From Octopus sinensis (lineage: Eukaryota), in assembly GCF_006345805.1 (NCBI RefSeq), contig NC_043007.1, positions 10,850,001 through 10,914,000 of the forward strand: a DNA stretch of 64,000 nucleotides, written 5' to 3'. Below are positions 1 through 13,053 of the stretch, piece after piece (the stretch's first letter is position 1; every line of letters starts with the position of its first letter). The notes beneath the pieces were generated by a model. The model saw only the letters and a program-made list of their open reading frames with translations. It did not search any database and was not told the origin of the DNA. The position numbers and the translations under genes were made by a program.

Positions 1-30
1 GGATGGATGGATGGATGGATGGATGGATGG

Positions 31-60
<30 letters not shown>

Positions 61-61
<1 letters not shown>

Positions 62-262
62 TTCTCTTCAATTTTTAACAATCTGATGTTTTCCTGTCCG
101 GTAGGAATAAGCTTCTACCAAAGATACAAAGTTTATCCTTGGAATGTACATAAAATCAAATTAAATTCACATTTTGAAATTGATAAAAGTCTTGCATATT
201 TTTACCGTTCCGCTTACAGCTTGTATTTGTAAAATTCGTATTAGCTATTTATAACAATCCAG
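61..262 (-). mobile_element. 3' end of R4/Dong-like RLE non-LTR retrotransposon (5'-truncated), abutting (CATC)n
   Basis: Minus strand reads [25 protein letters not shown], homologous to the C-terminus of the element at 14627-16110. It has a ~105-nt 3' UTR followed by (CATC)n at 1-60. Confidence 0.7.
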
Positions 263-751
263 TGTAGGGCATCTGTGTGTGTGTGTGTCTGTGTGTGTGT
301 CTGTGTGTATGCAACCATAATAATTTCGCATATATACTAGAATGTGTTACAATAACGTTCTAAGCAATTATTGAGTACTGTGAGATTTATAACACAACAA
401 CGAATATCGAGATATATTTGATGATATATGTGTGTCTGTGTGCGTGTGTGTGTATAAGTGTATGTGTCTGGAGTGTAGTGTATGTGGTGTGCAGTGTATG
501 TGTCTGGAGTGTAGTGTATGTGGTGTGCATGTGCAGTATATATGGGTTGTACATATGAGTGTATGTATGCAGTGTGTCTGTATTCTTACATAACCAAACC
601 GTGCACTGACAATGTGACAACAATTCTTGCAGACTTAAACATCACACGGGGAAAAAATTTAGAAAAAAACAAAAATGAAATAAAACTGATGTCAGTGGGG
701 AAAAAACAATTATTTTAGAATGATTAGCTAGTAATTATATATTTCACTCAA

Positions 752-777
752 TAATAACAATAATAATAATAATAATA

Positions 778-824
<47 letters not shown>

Positions 825-1075
825 CAATAATAATAATGATGATTATAATGATATAATAATAATAAAAAGAAGAAGAAAATTAAATATGATGATGATGATG
901 ATGATAATAATAATCATAACAACAACAACAGCAAAAACAACAACAATAATAATAATGATGATGATAATGATAATAACAATGAGAATAAGATTTGATGATG
1001 ATGATGACGACGATGATGGTGATGATGATGATAATATTAATAACAACAATAACAATAAAAAATATAATAATAATG

Positions 1076-1130
<55 letters not shown>

Positions 1131-1180
1131 TGATGATGATAATAATAATAATAATGATGATGATGATAATAATAATAATA

Positions 1181-1218
<38 letters not shown>

Positions 1219-1250
1219 AACAATAATAATAATAATAATAATAATGAAAA
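752..1250. repeat. (AAT)n/(GAT)n compound microsatellite
   Basis: Direct reading of the sequence. Confidence 0.95.
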
Positions 1251-1814
1251 AATACAGACGCACAATATGAAAAGAAAAAAAACGAAAACAGATGGAATTA
1301 ACTCCAAGATATTCTTTGATGACGTTGACTGCATTCATATGTGTTAAAGATTTTGTTTAAAGTTAAAAGGACGACAGAGATCTTCTGGTAGACGTTAGAT
1401 TTCTCAACTAAATAGGAAAAGATTGTATTTCAGATATAAATATTAACTATGTCGTCTACTTTTCAATGTGTATGGAGATATATATATATATTTGTGTTAA
1501 GTACGTTTTGATTGTTAGAAATTGATAGAAACAATAGGGTATAATTAAGAAATTAAAAAGAATTATAAACACACACACACGTACACGCACTCACATACAC
1601 ACTCACATGCGAACACACACACACACACATATGTATATATAGATAAATATCTGTATTTATTCATATACGTGTGTGTATATATTTATATATATATATATAT
1701 GCACATACAAATGTGTATGTGTCTATATGACCGTGTTTATGGACATAACTATGTATAAATGTATGACTACAAGTCTATATAACATACATATATACATACA
1801 TATGTCAGTATGTG

Positions 1815-1847
<33 letters not shown>

Positions 1848-1935
1848 TTATACATTTTGCATCTAAGTCTGTTTCTGTCCTTTTCTTTTTCTTTTTCACT
1901 TATTTTTTTCTGTTTATATATATATATATATATAG

Positions 1936-2007
<72 letters not shown>

Positions 2008-2441
2008 AGTATATATATTATATATATATATATATATTTATATATAATATATATATATATATATATATCTTATATATATGTATATATATGTGTGTAGGTA
2101 TATATATGTCTGAATATGTATACCTGTCCATACATATATACACACACTCACATACACATATATATATGTATAGTCGACATATGTAACATTTAGTGAAATC
2201 GATTAAAAGAGAACATTGAACTTGCCTTGGGAAATTGAAAAATCTAATTGCTGCCAGACTTTCTAACTTAGAGGATGCCGTCTATCATAAGTTAAATTTA
2301 TTAAAGTAAATTTTTGGTGAAGAATTACTACGTTCGAAACGCAAAACTTTCCACTCCTCGCGACAAATTGTACCTTTTTTTTAACAATAGCACCATTGAA
2401 GTCGATATATATTTAAGATATATATATTTAATATACGTTAT

Positions 2442-2846
2442 TCTTTTACTCTTTTACTTGTTTCAGTCATTTGACTGCGGCCATGCTGGAGCACCGCCTT
2501 TAGTCGAGCGAATCGACCTCGGGACTTATTCTTTGTAAACCCAGTACTTATTCTATCGGTCTCTTTTGCCGAACCGCTAAGTAACGGGGACGTAAACACA
2601 CCAGCATCGGTTGTCAAGTAATGCTAGGGGGACAAACACAGACACACAAACACATACATACATATATACATATACATATATACGACAGGCTTCTTTCAAT
2701 TTCCGTCTACCAAATCCACTCACAAGGCATTGGTCGGCTCGGGGCTATAGCAGAAGACACTTGCCCAAGATGCCACGCAGTGGGACTGAACCCGGAACCA
2801 TGTGGTTGGTTAGCAAGCTACTTACCACACAGCCACTCCTGCGGCC
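2442..2846 (-). mobile_element. tRNA-derived SINE family A
   Basis: Pol III A-box-like TGGCTGTGTGGT and B-box GGTTCAGTCCC, internal (TA)/(TG) tract, (GTAAAAGA)n tail; >15 copies in the window. Confidence 0.9.
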
Positions 2847-2883
<37 letters not shown>

Positions 2884-2904
2884 ATAGACTGTGTCCTCCA
2901 CTAT

Positions 2905-3357
2905 CCATGACCACGTCTCCCCCTCCCTTCTTCCTCCCACCGCCTCCAACCTCATTGTCCGAACCCCACGCACCTCCCCCCTTTACTTCCTTTCAAAAAT
3001 CCACAAGCCCAACAACCCTGGCCGCCTCATCCTCTCCGAATGTAACTGACCCCCCGGAACTGATCTTGAAATACCCTGATCATGTTCTTGCCCCCTAGTG
3101 GCTTACTTCCCCCCGACACACACATCCACGACACTAACCATGCTCTCCGTCTTTTCAGCTCTTTCTCATTCCCTCTTGGCCACTCTAAACTTTCCTTCTC
3201 TTTTGATATCAAAAGTCTATATACGGTGATCCCACACAACGAAGGACTTCTTGCCCTCAAATACTTCCTAGACCTTCATCCCAACCCCCAATCTGACACG
3301 TCCACACTTCTTCGTATGGCCGAACTTGTACTCTCCCTCAACTGTTTCCCGTGGTAA
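2905..3357 (+). pseudogene. Penelope-like element reverse transcriptase remnant
   Basis: Stitched frames give LIVRTPRTS..FYFLSKIHKPNNPGRLILSECN and FDIKSLYTVIPHNEGLLALKYFL, matching the PLE RT motifs FY.LPKIHK..PGR and D..SLYT.IP; contains stops and frameshifts. Confidence 0.8.
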
Positions 3358-3481
3358 GGCGATTTGACGTCTCTCTTTAGCATATTTGGAATCTACTTTA
3401 GTGGTCATTCCTCTTATTAATTGTAATATAATTTTTAAGTCTCCGGATTTTTAAAAATATGATAAACTACTGGTTTAATTT

Positions 3482-3765
3482 GTGGAGGCACGTGGCCTAG
3501 TGGTTAGAGCAGCGGGCTCGCGGTCGAGGGATCACCGATTCGAATCTCAGACCTAAGCTCCACCTAAGCTCCAAGCGGCTCCGGCAGAAGGTAATAGCGA
3601 ACTTCTGCTGACTCTTTCGCCACAACTTTCTCTCATTCTTTTCTCCTGCATCTGCAGCTCACCGGCGACGGACCGGTATTCCGTCCAGGTGGAGAACCTA
3701 TACGACAAGGAAACCAGGAAACCGGCACTATGAGCTAGGCATGGCTCGAGAAGGAACAAACAATA
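3482..3765 (+). mobile_element. tRNA-derived SINE family C variant
   Basis: Head GGCACGTGGCCTAGTGGTTAGAGC...ATTCGAATCTC; middle CCACAACTTTCTCTCA is shared with 10138-10447. Confidence 0.7.
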
Positions 3766-3834
3766 GCAACTGATTTAAATTGTTGTTGATTGATATCAAT
3801 TTCTACCCTCATTATTTAAAGGTAAAGAAAGATG

Positions 3835-3870
3835 GTTTAACGTTTCGAGCAGACGCTCTTCTTCGGAAGC
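3835..3870 (-). ncRNA. Degenerate minimal hammerhead-like motif (family B-related)
   Basis: Minus strand: GCUU CCGAAGA A GAGC-GUCU-GCUC GAAA CG UU AAAC; U4C in core, one mismatch in stem I. Confidence 0.45.
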
Positions 3871-3930
3871 AGAGGAAAATCCAATGGAAGAGAAGACAGT
3901 TACGTTTTGAAATGATCGACATATATATAT

Positions 3931-4016
<86 letters not shown>

Positions 4017-4127
4017 ATGTGTATGCATATATATAAATATATTTTCGCACACACACACATATATATATATACATACACATATATACATATATATATATAC
4101 ATATATATATAGTGAGAATTAACAAAA

Positions 4128-4463
4128 AAAAAGACGAAGACGGGTGTGTAAACAACAAACAGATGTATTAGTTTAACGCTTGGGAAGTGAGAAAATATTT
4201 TACATTTCGAGCCTACGCTCTTCGACAGAAAGGAACACAGAAATAAACAGGGAGAGAAAATAGAAAATGTTTAGTAGCTAGCGATCTATCATGGCAAGTT
4301 CAAATTTACAGAAAAGTGAGGTGAAGGAACAACAAGCAGGTGTATTAGTTTAAAGCTCGGGAAATGAGAAAGGCTTTTACGTTCTTCAACAGAAAGGAAC
4401 AGAGAAATAAACTGGGAGAGAAAATAGAAAAGGGTTTAGTGGCTAGCGATCTATCATGGCGAA
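4128..4463 (-). mobile_element. Two tandem copies of a ~180-bp non-coding repeat (HHR family B)
   Basis: Direct repeat 4128-4300 / ~4311-4463. Copy 1 carries CUGUCGA-A-GAGC-GUAG-GCUC-GAAA (4197-4232); copy 2 has lost stem II. Flanked by (TA)n. Confidence 0.7.
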
Positions 4464-5057
4464 CGTATGCATATATGCATATATGTATATAAATAGATAT
4501 AGATATATAGATGTACATATGTGTGTGTGTGTGTGTGTGTGTAAGTTTAACTTTCCTCTAGTGTCTGTAAGTAACTGTGAACTTGATAAGATTATCGATA
4601 TAAGATAACGAGCCGAAGTGTTTTAATATAGACACGCGGGTTTTAGAGTGAGAGGAAGTGCGTTGAGATGATGCCACACGTTACACATTAGAAACAGATA
4701 TTAGCATACCATCAAGTAAACGAACTTTCACTTGTACCAAATAAAACTAGGAAGTGAGAACCGTTGCGTTTGTGAATTCCCTACACACTGGCAGCCATTT
4801 TGTTGCTGCTGCTGTTGATGTTGTTACTGCTGCTGTTCTTCTTATTGGTGTTGTTGTTGTTGTAGTTGGTGGTGGTGTTGTTATTCATTTACCAAACTTC
4901 AGGGACAGCCGACTGTCAAGAGACATTCTCTTCATGTTCTTCATTTCCGAAAACGTCACAAAGAATATCATCAAACGTTACACTGATGAGAATTGCTACC
5001 TGATAGGCTATTAAAGTGGTAAAAGTACAAACACACAAACAGCAGCGCCACCTTCAT

Positions 5058-5061
5058 CAAT

Positions 5062-5093
<32 letters not shown>

Positions 5094-5474
5094 ACTATAG
5101 CAACAATTGCTACAACAAACACAAAAGGAACACTACCAACGACGAAATAAAAAAAAACATCGACCCCCACCGCCACCACCATCACTATCACCACCACCAC
5201 CACCACCACCACCAGCACCACCACCGCCATCACTATTACCGCCATCACTACCACCACCATCACTACCACCACCATCACCTCCACCATCATCAACAACAAC
5301 AACAGCAGCGCTATCACTAACAACAACAACAACAAACATTAGTGCCAACACCACCGCCACCACCACCACCAAACCACCACCAAACCACCACCAAACCACC
5401 ACCACCACCACCACCAACAACAACAACAAACATTAGTGCCAACACCACCGCCACCACCACCGCCACCACCACCA

Positions 5475-5507
<33 letters not shown>

Positions 5508-5545
5508 CAGCAACAACAACAACAGCAACAGCAGCAACAACAACG
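5058..5545. repeat. (AAC)n/(ACC)n compound microsatellite
   Basis: Direct reading of the sequence. Confidence 0.95.
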
Positions 5546-7081
5546 ACAATGAGCCATCGTAGCAGTAGTAGCGTGAAATGTTTGCTGCACCTCTGGAAAG
5601 ATTTTGGAAAGATCTGTCGACATCTTCATGTTTATATTTTCTTCATTCCGAAGACTTACCATTTTCCTCTTTTTTGTTTTGTAGCTTTTCTGATGTTTAT
5701 TAAAATATTCGGATCGATAGAGCGCAAGATAAAAATACCGTGTGGTATTTAAATAAGTCCCTTTACATTCTGGGCTCAAATCCCACATATTGAATCTGCT
5801 GCTTATCCTTCTGTGATAGACAGAATATATAAAGATTGCGAAATAAATTCATTAGCTTTTTTTTCTTTCATTTTAGTATCGTTTTCATGGTTATTTGAAT
5901 TAACAGGAAAAGCATTTTTGTTACAGCTTTTTTGACTTTTGTAGATCTATTGTTCTTCTACATCTTTTGTCCATCATTTTTGAAATTTGAACAAGTTTGA
6001 GCTTTTTACAAACATGTGACGATATAGGATACAAGTAGGAAAAAAAGAAAGATTTTTTTCTGACAATTCAATATCATTCTACAAATACTGAGCTTTACAG
6101 CTATTTTTTGTCAGTTGATTAAGGACTATTCAAGAGCGGTGAGCAAGAAAAATCGTTAAAGCTTTGGGCCAGATACCTTGTGGTATTTTCCCAGGCTCAT
6201 TGCTATCTGAAACCAAAATCCCTGCCGTGGTATACTTTAGTGATAGTTTTTAATCTATTTCCCAGTATGAAATCAACAGCTGGTACCTTAGACGTCTTAT
6301 GTAGTTTGAAGGAACTGTTAAAAAGCAGTCCCCGGTGCCTTGTGGTATTTTTCTGGTTCTTTGTTATTCTGAGATCAAAATTCTGCCGTTGTCTTCTTCC
6401 TTGATAGATTTAATCAGTGACCTGGTTTAAGACCTCCACCTCCTGGATTTTGGATGTTTCTTGTTTGTTAGGACTGTTACAATATCGTACCGGATACCTA
6501 GTGTATTTCAGCCGGTCCGCTGAGTTCCGGGATAAAAATTGCAGAAATAAAAAAAGAAATATCTATGGACCATTGATAACGGGTTACAAATCCAGTACTC
6601 ACAATGCACGTTCAGTTTCATACATATTATCATTGGGGGCCACCGGATACGAACCAGCCCGCCTGGAGCAAAGCTTAGCTTAACCTGGATTCTTGAGGAG
6701 GTAATAATCTCCTAAACTCATACGTTACAAAATGGTCGTGAAAATTGGAACGATAAAAATCTGCAAGATGTTATTAAGTTCTTAATGATGATGAACAAAA
6801 CAAAATGCTTTTCTTTCCGACATTTCTACTAAACAGTTGGCCGATCAAAATTAACTCTACATTAAAACCAGAAGAAATCATTTATGCACACACACACACT
6901 CACACGTATACACACATATACCACACATATACATACATATATGCATGCGTACATACATGCATGCATACATACACACACACACAAACACATACATACATGC
7001 ATACATACATACATACATACATACATACATACATACATACATACATACATGCATACATACATACATACATACATACATACA

Positions 7082-7111
<30 letters not shown>

Positions 7112-7112
<1 letters not shown>

Positions 7113-7677
7113 TGGGTTGTCCAGAAAGTTCGGGCGGGTGTTTTAAAGAAAGAAAAAGGTCAATAAATACTTGCTATTACATTTTTATTCAACCAAATAT
7201 GAAACATTTTGTTGCACAATGCGTCTCCATCTTTCCTTTAGTTTGAAAATATCCTCTTCCCAGAATTGAGGTGGTTTCATGGCAAAGAATTCATCAAGGT
7301 ATCTTTTTACGTCATCCAAAGAATTGAAATTTTTACCATTAAGACTATTCTGCAGAGACCTGAATAAGTGGAAATCCGAAGGAGCAATATCTGGTGAATA
7401 TGGAGGGTGGGGTAACTCATCCCAGCCGAGCTGCAGCAATTTTTGTCTAGTTCCCAAAGCATCAAGTGCCGAAAATGAACTTTCTTATCATCCATTTCAA
7501 AGGGTTACAGAATTAACACAGGTAATAGGAACATAAACCTTCTTCCCCGAAAAGATAGCTTAAACTGTGCTCTAAATAGAGGTGTAGTCAAATCCTATTT
7601 TATGGACTCAACCATGTGCTAAAATAAGTCGAAAGGTAAGCTACTATAAATCGGCACGAACTTTCCGGACAACCCAA
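7112..7677 (-). mobile_element. Internally deleted mariner (non-autonomous)
   Basis: TIRs TTGGGTTGTCC(A/G)GAAAGTTCG at both ends with TA flanks (7110-11, 7678-79). Transposase N-terminus MDDKKVHFRHLMLWE is fused to the C-terminus ..HPPYSPDIAPSDFHLFRSLQN..*. Confidence 0.92.
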
Positions 7678-8009
7678 TAAATACATACATAAATCATGCA
7701 TAGAAACACATGGGCCCCGGACACCAACGTGGTTCGAAGAATACAAGAAAAAGAGGACATTGATGGACTATTAATAAGGAGTTTGCAAATCCATTACTCA
7801 ATATACACTTTCAGCTTCAATATCTGTTATCATCAGAGCAACAGGATACCTAGCATTCAGGTTGGAATCGAGTATGGCTGAACTTGGGTTCTAAGGGAGA
7901 GAACGCAAATCCTTAATTCAAACACTAAAGATCGCGATATTTGAGGCTATTAGAGTTGAAGAATGATGAACAAATCATGAAGTTTTCGTTCACAACCTTC
8001 GTAACATGT

Positions 8010-8545
8010 TTTTCTACTCTTGGCACAAGGTCCGGAATTATTTTTGGTGGGGGCAGTCGATTAGATCTACCCCAGTACGCAACTGGTACTTAATTTATCA
8101 ACCCCGAAAGGACGAAAGTCAACCTCTGCGGAACGTAAAGACAGACGAAATACCTATTTCTTTACTACCCACAAGGGGCTAAACACAGAGAGGATAAACA
8201 AGGACAGACAAACAGATTAAGTTGATTATATCGACCCCAGTGCGTAACTGGTACTTAATTTATCGACCCCGAAAGGACGAAAGTCAACCTCTGCGGAACG
8301 TAAAGACAGACGAAATACCTATTTCTTTACTACCCACGAGGGGCTAAACACAGAGAGGATAAACAAGGACAGACAAACAGATTAAGTCGATTATATCGAC
8401 CTCAGTGCGTAACTGGTACTTAATTTATCGAACCCGAAAGGATGAAAGTCAACCTCTGCCGAATTTGAACTCAGAACATGAAGACAGACGAAATACCGCT
8501 AAGCATTTCGTCCGGCGTGCTAACGTTTCTGCTAGCTCGCCGCCT
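8010..8545 (-). mobile_element. tRNA-derived SINE family B, trimeric (one head plus three body units)
   Basis: Head GGCGGCGAGCTAGCAGAA and B-box GAGTTCAAATTC; ~175-bp body repeated. Confidence 0.88.
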
Positions 8546-8547
8546 GA

Positions 8548-8690
8548 AAAATATTCTTTTCTGCTCTAGACACAAGGCCTGAAATTTTTTGGGAGGAGGC
8601 CAGTCGATCAGATCGTCCCTAGTACGCATCTGGTACTTAATTTATCGACCGAAAAGGATGAAAGGCAAAGTCGATCTCGGTGGAATTTGA
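8548..8690 (-). mobile_element. SINE family B 3' fragment (alternative tail)
   Basis: Homology to the SINE-B body and the ..CCTTGTGTCTAGAGCAGAAAAGA tail. Confidence 0.75.
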
Positions 8691-8699
8691 AGGCCAACG

Positions 8700-8856
8700 T
8701 AAAATCGTAAAATGGTGTTTTGCACCGTCTAGTTCGGTAATGGATGTAAGATGAAGTGTTTTGCTTGAGAATACAACGCACTAACCTGTCCGAGGATTGA
8801 AACTGCGATTTTGCGATAGTGAGTGCAACACGCTTACCACTAGGCCATGCGCCCTC
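8700..8856 (-). mobile_element. SINE family C-type tRNA head fragment
   Basis: Minus strand GGGCGCATGGCCTAGTGGTAAGCG...GTTTCAATCCTC. Confidence 0.6.
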
Positions 8857-9194
8857 GACCAACATACACATGTGCATATATACATTCCTACATGCATACA
8901 TACATTCATATATACACATACAGACACACACACATACATACATAAATACATACATACATTGTTGGGAATTAGTGACGAATGGAATAACCTAGTCACTATA
9001 AATAAAGAGAAGTACCTGAGCACGTAGTAGGAAGTCAGAGATAATCGTGTCTTTACTCGTTTTACGAAGGATACTGTATACCGATATGGGCGTTATAACA
9101 ATCCAATATGTTAAGGATTATAGCAACATATCTACATACGTACATGTGTATATAAGAATCAGTCTCACGTAAATAAATTAATGAAACTTGAACG

Positions 9195-9410
9195 CAGCAA
9201 GCTGGCAGAATCGGCAGCACACCGGACAATGTGCTTAGCAGCATTTCGTCCGTCTATGCTTTCGGAGTTCCAATTCTGCCGAGGTCGACTTAACCTTTTT
9301 TTCTAAGCTGGGTCGATAAAAGAAGCTAACCTGTTGAACACTGGGGTCGATGTAAGCGACTAAATTCCTGAGGTAGAACTTTCTGGCTTGGTGCCAGAAT
9401 TTGAAACCAA
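9195..9410 (+). mobile_element. Diverged SINE family B
   Basis: GCAAGCTGGCAGAA..GAGTTCCAATTCTGCCGAGGTCGAC. Confidence 0.7.
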
Positions 9411-10087
9411 GATGTTAAGGAGAATTGTAAACAGATTGCGTAATTGGAATATCCAGACACACACTCACAAGATTTATAAGATTTTAACTCAATAAGCACT
9501 CACAGTAAACATTCCCACAGCCTCGCATTTATATATAAACACGCACTCACATATAAACACGCACTCACATATGCACACATTTCTAGAGCTGCCTTCATTC
9601 AAAACATACCAGCCTTGTCACTTTTGTTTGTGACCGGGTTGAATTCTGTAAAGAGGAATTGAAATAAATTTCAAGGAAAAACGCACACATACGCGTACAC
9701 TCTAATACAAGCACACACATAGACACAAACATACACACACGAACACGCGCGCGCGCGCGCGAGCACAGACATGTACAGACTCATACACATACCACATACT
9801 GACCCTCCATATCCGTCAGCCATGTCATAGAGGACATGTTCCATATTTTGTATGTGAAACCAACAAACACAGAGAAAAAAAAAACAACTTTTCAATTGCG
9901 CAATAAAAATCGTGCAAATTGCTGCATATTGAATTGCGTATTTTTGTTTGCAGTATTGCATACCTATATTACACAGAGAAACACAGAACAGACAAGAGAG
10001 AGACAAACACACACACACACGTACATATATATATATATAAACGAATATATATATGTATATATATATATATATATATAAACGAATATA

Positions 10088-10137
<50 letters not shown>

Positions 10138-10141
<4 letters not shown>

Positions 10142-10447
10142 CATAATCACCGTGACCGACCAGGCTGTCAGATTGGTTACACATCGCTGGTCACAATGCG
10201 CTTCGTATTGTTTTTAGCCTTCAAATGACGCCACCCCGCTGGCTAAGCGAGCAGGCCAACAGAAGAAAGAGTGAGAGAAAGTTGTGGTGAAGGAGTACAG
10301 CAGGGATCGCCACCACTCCCTGCCGGAGACTCGTGGAGTTTTTAGGTGTTTTCGCTCAATAAACACTCACAACGCCCGGTCTGGGAATCGAAACCGCGAT
10401 CCTACAACCACGAGTCTGCTGCCCTCACCACTGGGCCATTACGCCTC
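10138..10447 (-). mobile_element. tRNA-derived SINE family C
   Basis: Head GGCGTAATGGCCCAGTGGTGAGGGCAGC...GGTTTCGATTCCC; 3' end GGTCACGGTGAT running into (TA)n. Confidence 0.8.
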
Positions 10448-10494
10448 ACACACACACACACACACACATCTATATACAGGGGAAAGTAACATAT

Positions 10495-10894
10495 AGGGGA
10501 AAGTAAGAAGAAAAATAAGCGAAAATGCACATTGGAAATCAAAAAACGTAGAGGCTTTTTATGAAAAGTAACGATAGATATATATACAATTGGATGAAAA
10601 GAGGTAGGAATAAACGTAATAAAAGTCATTATTGTGAATTGTTAAAGAGATTTAAAAGCATACCGGTTTCGTAAATTTACTAATCATTGCTTTGAATTCA
10701 CACCGATTAGTAAATTCATGAAACCGGTATGCTTTTAAATCTCTTTAACAATTCACTATAATGACTTTTATTACTTTTATTCCTACCTCAGTTCATCTAA
10801 TTGTATATATCTATCGTTACTTTTCCTAAAAAAGCCTTTACTTTTTTTTATTTCCACTGTGCACTTCCGTGATTTCTTCTTCTTACTTTCCCCT
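10495..10894. mobile_element. ~400-bp foldback element with hammerhead motifs at the inner arm ends
   Basis: Arms of ~190 bp are reverse complements separated by a ~20-nt spacer. Confidence 0.8.
10655..10693 (-). ncRNA. Minimal type I hammerhead ribozyme, A3:U8 variant
   Basis: AAAGCA AUGAUUA GUA-AAUU-UAC GAAA CCGG UA|UGCUUU: 6-bp stem I, 3-bp stem II, palindromic CCGG helix III loop. Confidence 0.65.
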
Positions 10895-11258
10895 TACATT
10901 TCCACACGTAGTTTCTATTTTCTTTTTTGTAACATATTTCTATTATATATATACACGTAAATATCGAACGATGGAGATGGCTGCTCAACACCGCATTGGT
11001 GGATAGAATTTCTTTATTTGTGTTTTAAGGCTACCATTGGTTTCATATCAAGAAAAGTAGAAAAATATCTTCATATCTTAATTTTTTAAGCCGATTACAT
11101 GGAGGAACGGCGTTCGTCTCCATTTTGGATAAAACATATATCCGTGTCTATATGTGTGTATGTATGTATGTATGAATGAATGTATATACATACAACTGTA
11201 TGTATGCATGTATGCATGTATGTATGTATGCATGTATGTATGTATGTATGTATGTATG

Positions 11259-11617
11259 TATTGGTTTCCGTCATTAGGGTGCCACCATGCCACTATACTG
11301 GGGTACAGCCTTGAAGACGTTTTAGTGGAACGAATCGACCCCAGCACTTATTCTATCGGTTGCTTTTTCCGAAGAGCTAATTTACGAGGATGTAAACAAA
11401 CAAACGACGGTTGTCAAGCTGTGGTGAGGAACTAACACAGACACAAAAACACACACACACACGCACATACACGCGTACAAACACATAAACACACACACAC
11501 ACATATACACATATATACAACGGGTTTCTTTCAGTTTCCGTCTACCAAATCTACTCACAAGGCTTTGGTCAGCCCAAGGCTATAGTAGAAGCCACCTGCC
11601 CAAGTGCCATATTGTGG
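11259..11617 (-). mobile_element. Diverged SINE family A
   Basis: Homology to other family A copies. Confidence 0.75.
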
Positions 11618-11901
11618 TACATATGTATATGTGTGTGTTTGTGTGAGTGTGTGTGTGTGTGTGTCTGTGTGTGTGTGTGTGTGCGTGTGTGTGTGTGTGT
11701 GTGCGTGTGTGTGTGTGTGTTTTGTGTGTCTCAAAGCACTAGTTATTAAATCACCTAAAGCGATAGACAGACAGGAGAACTTAGCTCAAGTCGTATAGAA
11801 AGGCGATGGACATCTTTGCTTCACCATTTTTGTGGCTTGTCAACATCACGTACCTGAGCCGAATTGGAGAGGAACAGAAATACTGTCTATAACTATATGT
11901 A

Positions 11902-11980
<79 letters not shown>

Positions 11981-11981
<1 letters not shown>

Positions 11982-12196
11982 GCTGGGTTGCTGAAAAGTT
12001 CCTGGCTGTGGTAAAAGAAAATACTGGAAGATCAGTTAATTATGATTTTATTCAACATATTCCCCTCTCGGATTCACAGAGTTACTACAGTGGTTCTTCA
12101 GTTTTTGCAAGTCGCGTAAAAGAACCTAGAATATTGGGCCTCCAGCCAGGCCATTCAAGATGCCTTTAAACCCAGAATCTTTTCAGCAGCCCCTCG
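11981..12196. mobile_element. Mariner-type MITE
   Basis: Imperfect TIRs CG(CT/AG)GGG(T/C)TGCTGAAAAG.. with TA on both sides. Confidence 0.75.
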
Positions 12197-12361
12197 TATA
12201 CACACACACACTCACACATGTGTATGTATGTATGTATGTATCTATGTATATATATATACATATACTTGTTTTATTTCTATTCCTGAGCGCCATACTAATA
12301 CAATTGTTTGTTTGTACTCCAACTGTCTTCGTCTTTTGTTTATTTTCATAAAGCTTCCCGT

Positions 12362-12392
<31 letters not shown>

Positions 12393-12528
12393 ATGTATAT
12401 ATGTATATATATATGTATATATATATATATATATAATATATGTATATATATATGTGTACGTATATGTATATATATATATGTGTATATATATATATATATA
12501 TTATATATATATATATATTATATATATA

Positions 12529-12607
<79 letters not shown>

Positions 12608-12818
12608 GATAGATACGAGGGGCTTATGTTTCTCAACTTCATTTATATGGTATTGATTTGTCCAGGGCTATCGTAGGCAATATTTGCCAAAGGTATTGAG
12701 TAGAAAAAATTGATCTCGGGACCGCGTGGCTGCGAAGCGAACTTCTTAACCACACAACCATACCGGCGCCTTTATAGTGTGGTCATTAATTTTTTTTTTT
12801 GCGCTTCTTTTTGTTTCG

Positions 12819-13053
12819 TATTTCTTTACTGCCCACATGGGGCTACACACAGAGGGGACAAACAAGGACAGACAAACGGATTAAGTCGATTATATCGACC
12901 CCAGTGCGTAACTGGTACTTAATTTATCGAACCCGAAAGGATGAAAGGCAAAGTTGACCTCGGCGGAATTTGAACTCAGAACGTAACAGCAGACGAAATA
13001 CGGTAACGCATTTCGCCCGGCCTGCTTAACGTTTCTGCCAGCTCGCCGCCTTT
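12819..13053 (-). mobile_element. SINE family B, full length
   Basis: Head, B-box and 3' tail ..GTGGGCAGTAAAGAAATA. Confidence 0.9.

Noticed and set aside
2315-2350. GTGAAGA...CGAAACG as a hammerhead
   Set aside because: C3 is missing and there is no convincing stem I or II.
3482-3555. tRNA gene calls for SINE heads (also 10380-10447 and 38975-39040)
   Set aside because: No complete cloverleaf or T-run terminator; they continue into SINE bodies.
4981-5020. CTGATGAG as a hammerhead core
   Set aside because: No downstream stem II/GAAA/UH.
8010-8545. Regular repeats resembling a CRISPR array
   Set aside because: Eukaryotic SINE multimer; no unique spacers and no cas genes.
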